Of a stretch of DNA of 64,000 nucleotides, positions 8,585-16,949 are shown piece after piece. A program made the translations under genes and the position numbers. The stretch's first letter is position 1. The number at the start of each line of letters is the position of its first letter. The stretch lies in contig CALIFY010000014.1 in NCBI GenBank assembly GCA_938021675.1, positions 34,726-98,725 of the forward strand, written 5' to 3'. This DNA is from an uncultured Acidimicrobiales bacterium. Its GTDB lineage: Bacteria > Actinomycetota > Acidimicrobiia > Acidimicrobiales > SZUA-35. A model generated the notes under the pieces. That model ran no database searches and was not told the origin of the DNA. It worked only from the letters and a program-made list of their open reading frames with translations.

Positions 8585-10126
8585 TCACGCCGGATCGAGG
8601 TCGGACGTCGCCCAGAGCAGCAACGCGGCGTACGCCCGCCACGGTTGCCATCCCTCAGCGCGACAATCCAAGTCGGTGACTGTGACATCGCCGAACGACT
8701 GCCGAAGGACGAGATCTCCGCTCGGCCAACCGTCCGGGTTGCTCAGCGCTCGCATGGCGATGTATCCGGCGGTCCAGGGCCCGATGCCGGGAATTTCCAG
8801 AAGGGCCGGTATCTGTTCGTCGATCTCGGCCGCCGGACCGAGATCGATCCGGCCCTCGGCCACCGCCTCAGCAATAGCCCGAACCGTCTGCCGGCGGCGA
8901 CCGGGAACACCGAGTTGTTCGAGCGGAGCGTTTGCCACTTGGGCTGCGGTCGGGAATCCGTGGTGGACGATCGGTCGATGACCCTCGGCCCCAGTTTCCG
9001 CGCCGGCCGTTTCCGCGCCGGTGGGGGATTCTTTTGGTTCGGTCCCGGTGGCCAACGTAACCAGTTTCGACAGGGTCGTGCAGGCTGCGGCGACGCTTAC
9101 CTGTTGGCCGATGATCGCTCTGATCGCCACTTCGAACCGGTCGAAGGCTCCGGGTAGACGGGGTAGCGGCCGTCGATCTAGTCGGCGGGACAGTTCAGGG
9201 TCGGTGGCCAGGTGAGCCGCTATCGGTTCGAGATCGGTGTCGAGATCGGCAACGGAGCGAACGAGCCCCACCAAATCGGCCAGCCGATCGAGCCGATCGA
9301 GCGAGCATCGAATGGTCAGTCGGTCGTCGTCCTCGGTGCCCCGGAGTTCGACCTGGCCGCCTGGTACGCCTCGACGGAAACCGGTCTCGTTTGCTGATTC
9401 GAGTCCTCTGATCGCCCTGGTCGATAGAAAGCGATGAAGATCGGTCCAGCGGACCGGGCCGCGGCAGGGGAGGGTGATGGTCAGATCGGTTTTGCCGGTC
9501 GGCGCGGCGTCCGGCCGTCGTCGAAGGTCGGTTGGCGTCGCTCTGAAGGCGGACCGGAACCCGTCGTTGAATTGTCGGATGCTGTTGAAGCCCGAGGCGA
9601 ACGCAATGTCGGTGATGGACAGGTTCGTTTGGTCGAGAAGAAGGCGAGCCAGCGAGAGTCGACGGGTCTGGGCGAGCTGGATTGGTCCAGTCCCCAGTTC
9701 CTGCTTGAGTTCTCTACGGAGATGCCGTTGACTCACCCCAAGTTGGGCAGCAAGGCCAACGACCCCATCTCGGTCCACAACCCCTTGTTGAATCAAACGG
9801 ACTGCCCGACCGGCCAGATCGGCCCGTCGGTTCCACTCCGGGTGACCGGGAGCGAGTTCCGGTCGGCACCGTCGGCAGGGCCGAAAGCCGGCTTCGGAAG
9901 CGGCAGCGGCGTGAGCAAAGAAGCGCACGTTTGTCGATTTTGGTGTTCTAGCTGGACAAGATGGTCGACAGAAGATGCCGGTCGATGTGACGGCGGTAAA
10001 GAATCTTCCGTCGAAACGAGCGTCTCGCTTGCTGATGGCCTGGTAGCAGGCGCCGTGATCGAGATCTGGAGGCACGTAGGAGACCTTACCCCTGGTCAGA
10101 AGAATGTTCTGGCGGAAATCGGACAC
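8585..10126 (-). CDS. Ada-type Zn-finger / AraC HTH / AlkA (HhH-GPD) fusion: methylphosphotriester-sensing regulator plus DNA-3-methyladenine glycosylase II
   Basis: Ada Zn-binding signature FFTAVTSTGIFCRPSCPARTPK...GFRPCRRCRPE. Next comes an AraC-type HTH (ITDIAFASGFNSIRQFNDGFR), then an HhH-GPD region (IPGIGPWTAGYIAMRAL). Confidence 0.85.
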   Translation of the reverse strand: MSDFRQNILLTRGKVSYVPPDLDHGACYQAISKRDARFDGRFFTAVTSTGIFCRPSCPARTPKSTNVRFFAHAAAASEAGFRPCRRCRPELAPGHPEWNRRADLAGRAVRLIQQGVVDRDGVVGLAAQLGVSQRHLRRELKQELGTGPIQLAQTRRLSLARLLLDQTNLSITDIAFASGFNSIRQFNDGFRSAFRATPTDLRRRPDAAPTGKTDLTITLPCRGPVRWTDLHRFLSTRAIRGLESANETGFRRGVPGGQVELRGTEDDDRLTIRCSLDRLDRLADLVGLVRSVADLDTDLEPIAAHLATDPELSRRLDRRPLPRLPGAFDRFEVAIRAIIGQQVSVAAACTTLSKLVTLATGTEPKESPTGAETAGAETGAEGHRPIVHHGFPTAAQVANAPLEQLGVPGRRRQTVRAIAEAVAEGRIDLGPAAEIDEQIPALLEIPGIGPWTAGYIAMRALSNPDGWPSGDLVLRQSFGDVTVTDLDCRAEGWQPWRAYAALLLWATSDLDPA

Positions 10127-10193
10127 GGCAGTTTCGAGTAGCTGTGTTCGGGAAACGTCAAGGGGGCGGCCGAGGTCGGTAGGGTCGTTTCAT

Positions 10194-10772
10194 ATGTCGG
10201 TCGTCCGATTCCCGTCCCGTCGAGCGGCGATCGTCACCTTGGTCAGCGGGGCGCTGGCACTCGGTTGTACATCCGAGGAACCCGAGCCCCAGGTGGTGAC
10301 GATTCGCCAGATCACCGAGGACCTGATCAGTGAGAACGTCGCTGATCAGGCTGGCCTTGGCCCTCTGGCACCGACCTGTCCCGATGTGACCGTCGCTGGC
10401 GTTGGCACGGAGTTCGAATGTTCGGCCACCACAGAATCTGGAGCTGTCGTATCGCTGGCGGCGCTGATCAACAACGACGGCAAGGTCGAACTTTCCACCA
10501 CCAACGTCATCACCGTCGCTGCGCTGCCTAGCTTCGAGCGGGCCGCGGTCGAAGCGTTGAACGCCAACGATCCGACCCTCGGGTTGTCGGGTGACGCGAT
10601 GGACTGCGGAATCGAGCCCATCGTTTTTCCCGTCGAACAGTCCGACGGGAAAACGATGGTCTGTGGCGTTGTCGATCCCGACACCAGCGAAGTCTTCGAC
10701 GTGACGTTCAACATCACCGATATCGAAGAGCGACAGTTCAGCGTTCAGGTCGCAGAAGCGCCGCGTTCCTAG
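10194..10772 (+). CDS. Lipoprotein with two Cys-pair repeats (DUF4333-like)
   Basis: Lipobox LALGC follows MSVVRFPSRRAAIVTLVSGA. Two similar modules each carry two Cys. The start was moved to ATG 10194. The family call is from memory only. Confidence 0.5.
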   Translation: MSVVRFPSRRAAIVTLVSGALALGCTSEEPEPQVVTIRQITEDLISENVADQAGLGPLAPTCPDVTVAGVGTEFECSATTESGAVVSLAALINNDGKVELSTTNVITVAALPSFERAAVEALNANDPTLGLSGDAMDCGIEPIVFPVEQSDGKTMVCGVVDPDTSEVFDVTFNITDIEERQFSVQVAEAPRS

Positions 10773-12844
10773 CGGGGGGAGCGGGTGAGATGGGAACTGC
10801 CGAAATCGGACCCACCGAGATGCTCGGCGAAGAATTCGTGGATGATCTCGAACCGTTCCACCCGATGCCGGGGCCGGCCGCTGCGGCTGAGCTCATGGTT
10901 TTCGCCGGGAAAGCGAACGAAAGTGGCGTTGCCGCCGGTTCGACGGATGGCGGCGAAGAGCTGTTCGGCCTGTTCGATGGGGCACCGCCAGTCCTCTTCT
11001 GAATGGAGGATGAGCACGGGGGCGGCGATGTTGGCCGCATAGGTTACCGGCGACTGGCGGATCACCTCATCGGGGTCGTCTTCGATGGTGGCTCCGACCA
11101 CGTTCGAGGTGAACCAGTTGCCGATATCGCTCGTGCCGTACATCGTCGTCCACGATGTGACCGCCCGTTCGATCAGACCAGCACGGAATCTTGGGTATTC
11201 ACCCGACCGGTGGCCGAGGACCCACGCTGCCATGAATCCGCCGTAGCTTCCGCCACCGATCCCAATTCGGTCGGCGTCGACCTCGGGCATGTCGGCCAGA
11301 TGTCGGGCCAAGGCGAGAACGTCGTGGTGGTCACGGTTTCCGAGGTCGCCGGCGATCGACGTCGCCCATGCTTCGCCGTAGCCGTCTGAGCCGCGAGGGT
11401 TCCCACCGATTACCACGTACCCGCAGGCCGCCGCCATCTGGAATTCGTCGAAGAAATGGTGGCCGTACTGGAACATCGGTCCGCCGTGCACATAGATCAG
11501 GCCGGCCCGGCCATCGATCCCGGCGGCCGGCGCTGAAGCGGGCGGTCGAGTGATCCACGCTTCGACCTCGACGTCGTCGGTGGAAGGAACGCTCACCGTT
11601 TCGACTTGAGCGAGGTCGAGTTCGGCCAGCACGTCATCGTTGAGGCCGACCAGGCGGGTCGGCGTTCCATCGTCGATACGCCAGAGTTCAGCCGGCCAAC
11701 TCGGCCCGGTGACCGCGGCCACCATCACCGAACCATCGGGTGACGCGTCGAGCGCCGAGACCTGACAATCGTCCTCGAAGACCACGGTGTGGGATCGGTC
11801 GACGAAATCGTAGCGATCGACGGCTACCCGCCCACGACGAACCCCCGGTGCCAGCACCCCGCCGTCGACGGCCACCAAGTTTCGACCTCGGAATATGGCC
11901 CGGCCGAGGTTTCCGTCGTGAGCTGTCAGCTGCGCTACCGACGCCGCCCCGCTATCGCCGACCCCGTCAACGGTGTGGACCCTGGCGAACCCGACCGCCG
12001 AGTTGTCGATGATGCCAGTGACCAGCAGGGTATTGTCGGGGTGCCAACCGACGGCCAACCACTCGCCCCCGGGTTCGGTCAAGCGGGTGGGTGGCCCCGT
12101 TGCCGGATCGATCGGGTAGAGCCATACGTGGTTGCTCCCGCTGAGATCGCGGTCCTGGTCGGTGGCCGCGGTGGCGGCAACGAATTGGCCGTCGGGGGAT
12201 ACGGCAACGGCGGAGTGATCGATCCCGACCGACCCGATGGGAACGGCGCCCACCTCGGCGTCGACATCGACCGTCCACACCTGCCGTGGCCGATCGTGGA
12301 TGGCCCCCCGACCATTGAATCGATAGTCGATCTTGGTGAGTATCTTCGGACGTCGAGCCAGCTCGTCGGCATCCACACCTTCTTGGTGAGCTGGTCGTTG
12401 GGGCGCCAACACCACGAGCCGATGATCATCGACCCACTCCAACCCGCTCGGCTTGCCGTCTTCCACCGTGAGAACTTGGCGCTCCTCACCGACCGGCCAC
12501 GACCGGACGATGATCTCTGTCGGTCGATCGGGACCCGAACGGACGAAGGCCAGCAGCTCACCGTTTGGCGAGAACCTAATGAGCGAGTCCGACGGACCGG
12601 TGGTCAGGGCGGTCAGGGCCGTCCCATCGAGCGCCACCGAGTAGAGATGTGACCGGTTACGGTCGATCTCGGCGTCGAGCGACAAGACGGTGAACACCAC
12701 CGTCCGACGGTCGGGATGGAGCGCAACCTCACCAACCGACCGGAGCCGGTACAGGTCGGTCGGACGGATCGGCCGGCGCCGGTCAACCTCTGCGTTCTCG
12801 AAATCTGCGATCACCGCATGAACATAGCTCGCACTACCCCGCAC
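10769..12844 (-). CDS. S9 family serine peptidase (prolyl oligopeptidase/acylaminoacyl-peptidase-like)
   Basis: N-terminal beta-propeller-like region. Nucleophile elbow GGGSYGGFMAAW, with later D and H regions (LILHSEEDWRCP, ENHELS). Confidence 0.85.
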   Translation of the reverse strand: MRGSASYVHAVIADFENAEVDRRRPIRPTDLYRLRSVGEVALHPDRRTVVFTVLSLDAEIDRNRSHLYSVALDGTALTALTTGPSDSLIRFSPNGELLAFVRSGPDRPTEIIVRSWPVGEERQVLTVEDGKPSGLEWVDDHRLVVLAPQRPAHQEGVDADELARRPKILTKIDYRFNGRGAIHDRPRQVWTVDVDAEVGAVPIGSVGIDHSAVAVSPDGQFVAATAATDQDRDLSGSNHVWLYPIDPATGPPTRLTEPGGEWLAVGWHPDNTLLVTGIIDNSAVGFARVHTVDGVGDSGAASVAQLTAHDGNLGRAIFRGRNLVAVDGGVLAPGVRRGRVAVDRYDFVDRSHTVVFEDDCQVSALDASPDGSVMVAAVTGPSWPAELWRIDDGTPTRLVGLNDDVLAELDLAQVETVSVPSTDDVEVEAWITRPPASAPAAGIDGRAGLIYVHGGPMFQYGHHFFDEFQMAAACGYVVIGGNPRGSDGYGEAWATSIAGDLGNRDHHDVLALARHLADMPEVDADRIGIGGGSYGGFMAAWVLGHRSGEYPRFRAGLIERAVTSWTTMYGTSDIGNWFTSNVVGATIEDDPDEVIRQSPVTYAANIAAPVLILHSEEDWRCPIEQAEQLFAAIRRTGGNATFVRFPGENHELSRSGRPRHRVERFEIIHEFFAEHLGGSDFGSSHLTRSPR

Positions 12845-12883
12845 CTGCCGGCCGAGGAGGCGACCGCTGATACTCTGGCTGGG

Positions 12884-13780
12884 ATGTCTACCACCCCTCC
12901 AGAAGGCTGGTACCCGGACCCGGCAGGAGCGTCCGGGATGGAGCGGTATTGGGATGCCGAAACCTGGACGAACCGCACCCGGCCCGTCGGCGGAGCCGAA
13001 ATCCCGACCGGGGGCGCCTCTATCCGCCGAACGGTCAGCCCTCCGGGTCCGTCCCTGCCCGATCCGGTTGTGCCCGCTCGCTCACCGGTGAGTGCCGGTG
13101 GTATGGGTGGCATTCGGACCGAGCTGCTCAGCGACGAACGTTACGCCGAGATCGGCTCGTCGGAACGGGTATCCCGGCAAAACGAACGCCTTTTAAAGGT
13201 GGTTCTTGGCGACGATGTACTGGCTAGACAAGGATCGATGGTCGCCTTCCAAGGCAAAATCGATTTCGACTACGAAGGGTCGGGCACCGCGCGGTTTCTC
13301 AAAAAGGCGGTGAGTGGCGAGGGCGTGCCGTTGATGCGTTGTTCTGGCGAAGGGGAGCTGTTTCTCGCCGATAGGGCAAACCAGGTTCACATCATCGACC
13401 TAAAAGACGGTGGGCTGACGGTCAACGGCAAAAATATCTTGGCCTTCGAACCATCGCTGAGCTGGAATGTCGAGCGGGTCAAGGGTGGCGCCATGTTGGT
13501 CGGCGGCTTATTCAAGACCCGGCTCGAGGGAGACGGTTGGGTCGCAATCACCACCGACGGTGACCCCGTGGTGCTGCAGACCGATCAGCCGACCTTCGCC
13601 GACACCGACGCTGCGGTTGCCTGGAGCTCGTCGTTGACCACCAGCATCAACAAGACATTCAAGGCGCAAGCCATTACCGGCCGAGGTTCTGGCGAGGCGG
13701 TTCAGCTGGCCTTTCAGGGCCCGGGGATCGTGATCGTTCAGCCATCCGAAGGAGAGGTTGTCCCTCCACATAGCCACTGA
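12884..13780 (+). CDS. DUF2510 (GWYPDP) N-terminal motif fused to an AIM24-family domain
   Basis: MSTTPPEGWYPDPAGASGMERYWDAETWT, then AIM24-like LKVVLGDDVLARQGSMVAFQG...GEGELFLA...GEAVQLAFQGPGIVIVQPSE. The start was moved to ATG 12884. Confidence 0.65.
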   Translation: MSTTPPEGWYPDPAGASGMERYWDAETWTNRTRPVGGAEIPTGGASIRRTVSPPGPSLPDPVVPARSPVSAGGMGGIRTELLSDERYAEIGSSERVSRQNERLLKVVLGDDVLARQGSMVAFQGKIDFDYEGSGTARFLKKAVSGEGVPLMRCSGEGELFLADRANQVHIIDLKDGGLTVNGKNILAFEPSLSWNVERVKGGAMLVGGLFKTRLEGDGWVAITTDGDPVVLQTDQPTFADTDAAVAWSSSLTTSINKTFKAQAITGRGSGEAVQLAFQGPGIVIVQPSEGEVVPPHSH

Positions 13781-13850
13781 TCGACCGACTTCGCCGACGA
13801 TTGCCCACATCCGCGGCCAGATGTTTGGCTGGGGCTAGCATCGCGGAATT

Positions 13851-14489
13851 ATGGTTTCCCGCCGCATTCGGTTGCTCGTCAGTTGCATGTTCACCATCTT
13901 GTCCATTGCCGCCTTCACGCCCTGGCAGGCCGCAGCGCAAGAGTCGACGTTCGAGGAATACTCCGCCTCCTCGGGGCTTTCAAGCGACCACGGTGATGTG
14001 TTTCGTTTGTATTGGGCCTTCTTTGATCGGGCGCCTGACGTATCCGGCGCCCGCTATTGGGCCGAGCAGTCGAACAAGTGCGTTTCGTTGCTCGCCATCA
14101 CCTGGTCGTTCGCCAACTCATCGGAGTTCATCAGCCGATACGGCCGTCTGTCCGATGGGCAATTCGTCGACCTGGTGTACAAAAACGTTCTCGGGCGAGC
14201 GGCCGACGTCGATGGTAAGAACTATTGGCTGAATGAGTTGGCAGCAAAGCGGCTGAGTCAGCCTGAGGTCATGTTGTACTTCTCGTTGGGAGACGAATTC
14301 AAGCGCCGTCACCCGCTGCCAACCGATACCCGGACGGCTTCCAGCGGGTGTGTGCCGGCGACCGACCCAGTGCCGGAGTACTCGAACTGCACCGAGGTCC
14401 GCCAGGCAGGAGCGGCTCCCATCCATCGAGGCGAACCAGGGTATGGGCCCCACCTCGATGGCGACGGAGATGGCATCGCTTGCGAGTAA
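13851..14489 (+). CDS. Secreted DUF4214 protein with C-terminal Excalibur calcium-binding domain
   Basis: Signal peptide ending WQAAAQE. DUF4214 motifs (YWAFFDRAPDVSGARYW...SSEFISRYGRLSDGQFVDLVYKNVLGRAADVDGKNYW). Excalibur motif YSNCTEVRQ...LDGDGDGIACE at the C-terminus. Confidence 0.8.
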   Translation: MVSRRIRLLVSCMFTILSIAAFTPWQAAAQESTFEEYSASSGLSSDHGDVFRLYWAFFDRAPDVSGARYWAEQSNKCVSLLAITWSFANSSEFISRYGRLSDGQFVDLVYKNVLGRAADVDGKNYWLNELAAKRLSQPEVMLYFSLGDEFKRRHPLPTDTRTASSGCVPATDPVPEYSNCTEVRQAGAAPIHRGEPGYGPHLDGDGDGIACE

Positions 14490-14537
14490 TGGCACAGATT
14501 GCGAGTATCAGCACAGCCTGCGAGTACTAGCACAGCC
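14481..14537. repeat. Tandem repeat, 3 x 19 bp
   Basis: The copies are tgcgagtaatggcacagat / tgcgagtatcagcacagcc / tgcgagtactagcacagcc. Copy 1 contains the last two codons and the stop of the preceding gene. The array fills most of the convergent gap to the RNB gene. Confidence 0.95.
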
Positions 14538-14555
14538 TTCGCTCAACCGTCCGGG

Positions 14556-15983
14556 TTAGGTTGCCGGCTCGAACTCGATGTGTCGGGTGTCGAGATCCAC
14601 CGAGGTCAGCCGCAGTTTTACCCGTTCAGCCAGCGTGCGGCCGTCGGCCTGCATCTTTGCCACTATGGCCGGTTCTCGGATCTGGACGATCGCCCGGTCA
14701 CGATCCTGGTCAACATCGACGACTACCGCGTCGAACACCTCGCCGATGCTGTGCTCCACGACCAACGCTTCGGCCATGTCCAGCATGGCGCGCTCCAGCG
14801 AGGATTCTCGTTGGCGGGCCTGGCCCATCAGCGACGGCAACTCTTCGAGGGCTTCGAGGGCCCAGGTCGGCGGCCGGCGATCGGCGTAGACGGCCAGCAG
14901 TATCTCGTTGCCGAACCGGTCGACGAGTCGGCGAAGGGGGGCGGTGACGTGGGCGTAGACCGAGGCGATAGCTCCGTGCTCGGTGAGGTCCGGTAGGGGA
15001 CCGTCGAACCCGACGTATCCGGCACCTCGTAGCGTCCGTGCCGCCTGGAGCAAAAACGCGTTGGCGGTGGCGGTGTTTGGTTCGAGGCTTCGAACGAAGT
15101 CGGCGTATGCCAACTCCTCGGGCCAGCCAAGCCCCAGAGCGTCGGCCGTTCGGCGAAGGCGGTCGATGTCGTTGCTGCGAGGGGGTGGCAGCGTGCGAAG
15201 AATGCCGACCCCGGTGTCGATCATGGTGGTGGCGGCGACGATCCCGGTCAACAAGGAGATCTGGGCGTTCCAGCCTTCGACCGGCAGCGATTCATCGAAT
15301 TCGAGGGCGTAACTGTCGCCCCGAGACACGATCTCTTGAGCAGGGAGGTTGAGGCTGACCCCTCCCCGTTCGGCCTCTCGGTCTTGGCGTAGACGACCGA
15401 TCTCTGCCAACAGACTCATCCGGTCGTCGGTGCCCTCGTCTACCCGACGTTGAGCTTCGGTATAGGAGATGGCCTCGTCGACCCGGACCGTAGCGCGCTC
15501 GAGGCGCCACGTCGTCGGCATGCCATCACCATCAAGGTCGATGGTCCACAGCAGCCCCGGTTTCTCGGATCCGGCGAGGAGGCTGGCCCGATCCTCGGAG
15601 ATGACCGGCGGGTGGAGGGGAGTGCGGAGATCGGGGCTGTAGAGGGTTGTCCCCCGGGCCCGGGCTTCGAGGTCGACCGGACCGCCGGGAGGGAGGAAGG
15701 CGCCAACGTCGGCGATGGCGTAGAGAACGCGGTACCCGTCGTCGAGACGTTCGGCGGCGAACGCTTGGTCGAGATCGGTGGCTCCCGGCGGGTCGACGGC
15801 GACCAGCGGGATGTGCCGGGCATCGATTCTCGCTGGCTGGTCGCTTGCCCCAGTCGACGGTGTCGATTCGATGGCCGCGTTCAACACGTCATCGGAGAAC
15901 TGTTCCGGTACGTCGAGTTCGGTGCGGATAGCGGTGAACGCCCGCTCGAAGGTATCAGGGGCTCGGATGACGATCCGTGGCAT
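14556..15983 (-). CDS. RNB-domain exoribonuclease (RNase II/R family)
   Basis: RNB signature VAVDPPGATDLDQAF, with the later catalytic region YAHVTAPLRRLVD. Confidence 0.8.
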   Translation of the reverse strand: MPRIVIRAPDTFERAFTAIRTELDVPEQFSDDVLNAAIESTPSTGASDQPARIDARHIPLVAVDPPGATDLDQAFAAERLDDGYRVLYAIADVGAFLPPGGPVDLEARARGTTLYSPDLRTPLHPPVISEDRASLLAGSEKPGLLWTIDLDGDGMPTTWRLERATVRVDEAISYTEAQRRVDEGTDDRMSLLAEIGRLRQDREAERGGVSLNLPAQEIVSRGDSYALEFDESLPVEGWNAQISLLTGIVAATTMIDTGVGILRTLPPPRSNDIDRLRRTADALGLGWPEELAYADFVRSLEPNTATANAFLLQAARTLRGAGYVGFDGPLPDLTEHGAIASVYAHVTAPLRRLVDRFGNEILLAVYADRRPPTWALEALEELPSLMGQARQRESSLERAMLDMAEALVVEHSIGEVFDAVVVDVDQDRDRAIVQIREPAIVAKMQADGRTLAERVKLRLTSVDLDTRHIEFEPAT

Positions 15984-16004
15984 GGGTGGTTGGTCCTCGC
16001 AGCT

Positions 16005-16064
16005 GTCGTACTTGTCGGGTAGTTGGCGTACTTGTCGGGTGGTTGGCGTACTCGGTGGTCGGGG
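16005..16064. repeat. Tandem repeat, 3 x 20 bp
   Basis: The copies are gtcgtacttgtcgggtagtt / ggcgtacttgtcgggtggtt / ggcgtactcggtggtcgggg. The array starts 22 bp upstream of the RNB start codon and ends 4 bp before the panB stop. Confidence 0.9.
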
Positions 16065-16067
16065 GTG

Positions 16068-16949
16068 TCAAACGCCGTTCGGCCGGCTGCCGTACAAACC
16101 CAGTGCCTCGGTGAGATCTTCCTTAGCCAGGTATGTCTCAGCTTCGGCCGGAAACGCTCCGGTTCGCACGTCCTTGGCGTAGCTTCGTATGGCGTCGGTT
16201 TGCTCCTCGAACGCCGCGCCGTATCGCCGAACGAAGCGCGGCTTGAAGCGGTTTTCTAGGCCGATTACGTCGTGGTACACGAGGACTTGACCATCGGTGT
16301 CCGGCCCCGCCCCGATGCCGATGATCGGAATGTCGACCGCCTCGGTGATCAGTCGCCCTGCGATGTCGGGCACGCCCTCGACGACGAGTCCGAAACACCC
16401 AGCGGACTCAAGCCGGCGGGCATCTTCAACCAAGGTGTGGACGTCCTCGGCCGTGCGGCCCTGGATTTTGAATCCTCCCATCGCCTTCGTCGACTGCGGG
16501 GTCAGCCCGAGATGTCCCATCACTGGGATCTCGGCCGCCACGATGGCCTCGACCATCGGCGTGCGTTTCTCTCCCCCCTCAAGTTTGACGGCGGTCGCGC
16601 CGGCTCGGATCAGGGTTGCGGCATTCCGAACGGTATCGATCGGCGAGAGGTGAAAGCTCATCCACGGGAGATCGCAGACGACGACCGCGGTCGGCGACGC
16701 TCGATTGACCGCAGCCATGTGGTAGGCGATGTCATCGACGGTCACCTGCAGCGTGTCGTCGTAGCCGAGCACCACCATGGCGACGGAATCGCCAACCAGG
16801 ATGAGGTCAACGTCGGCCTCGGTGGCGACCCTGGCCGATGGTGCATCGTATGCGGTGACCATCACCAGGGGCACCGCACCATTTCGGACCTTGTTGGCCC
16901 GTATGTCGGGCACCGTTCGTCGATCGGCCATCCTCGCTCCTTCCGTCAC
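16068..16949 (-). CDS. panB: 3-methyl-2-oxobutanoate hydroxymethyltransferase
   Basis: PanB motifs (MVTAYDAPSA, ILVGDSVAMVVLGY, VKLEGG, GHLGLTPQS). GTG 16949 overlaps the panC stop (GTGA). ATG 16931 is an alternative start. Confidence 0.9.
   Translation of the reverse strand: MTEGARMADRRTVPDIRANKVRNGAVPLVMVTAYDAPSARVATEADVDLILVGDSVAMVVLGYDDTLQVTVDDIAYHMAAVNRASPTAVVVCDLPWMSFHLSPIDTVRNAATLIRAGATAVKLEGGEKRTPMVEAIVAAEIPVMGHLGLTPQSTKAMGGFKIQGRTAEDVHTLVEDARRLESAGCFGLVVEGVPDIAGRLITEAVDIPIIGIGAGPDTDGQVLVYHDVIGLENRFKPRFVRRYGAAFEEQTDAIRSYAKDVRTGAFPAEAETYLAKEDLTEALGLYGSRPNGV

Noticed and set aside
14481-16064. Possibility that the short tandem repeats (14481..14537, 16005..16064, 43911..43985) are CRISPR arrays
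   Set aside because: The units are directly adjacent with no spacers, there are only 3-6 copies, the units are 15-20 bp, and no cas genes are in the window.
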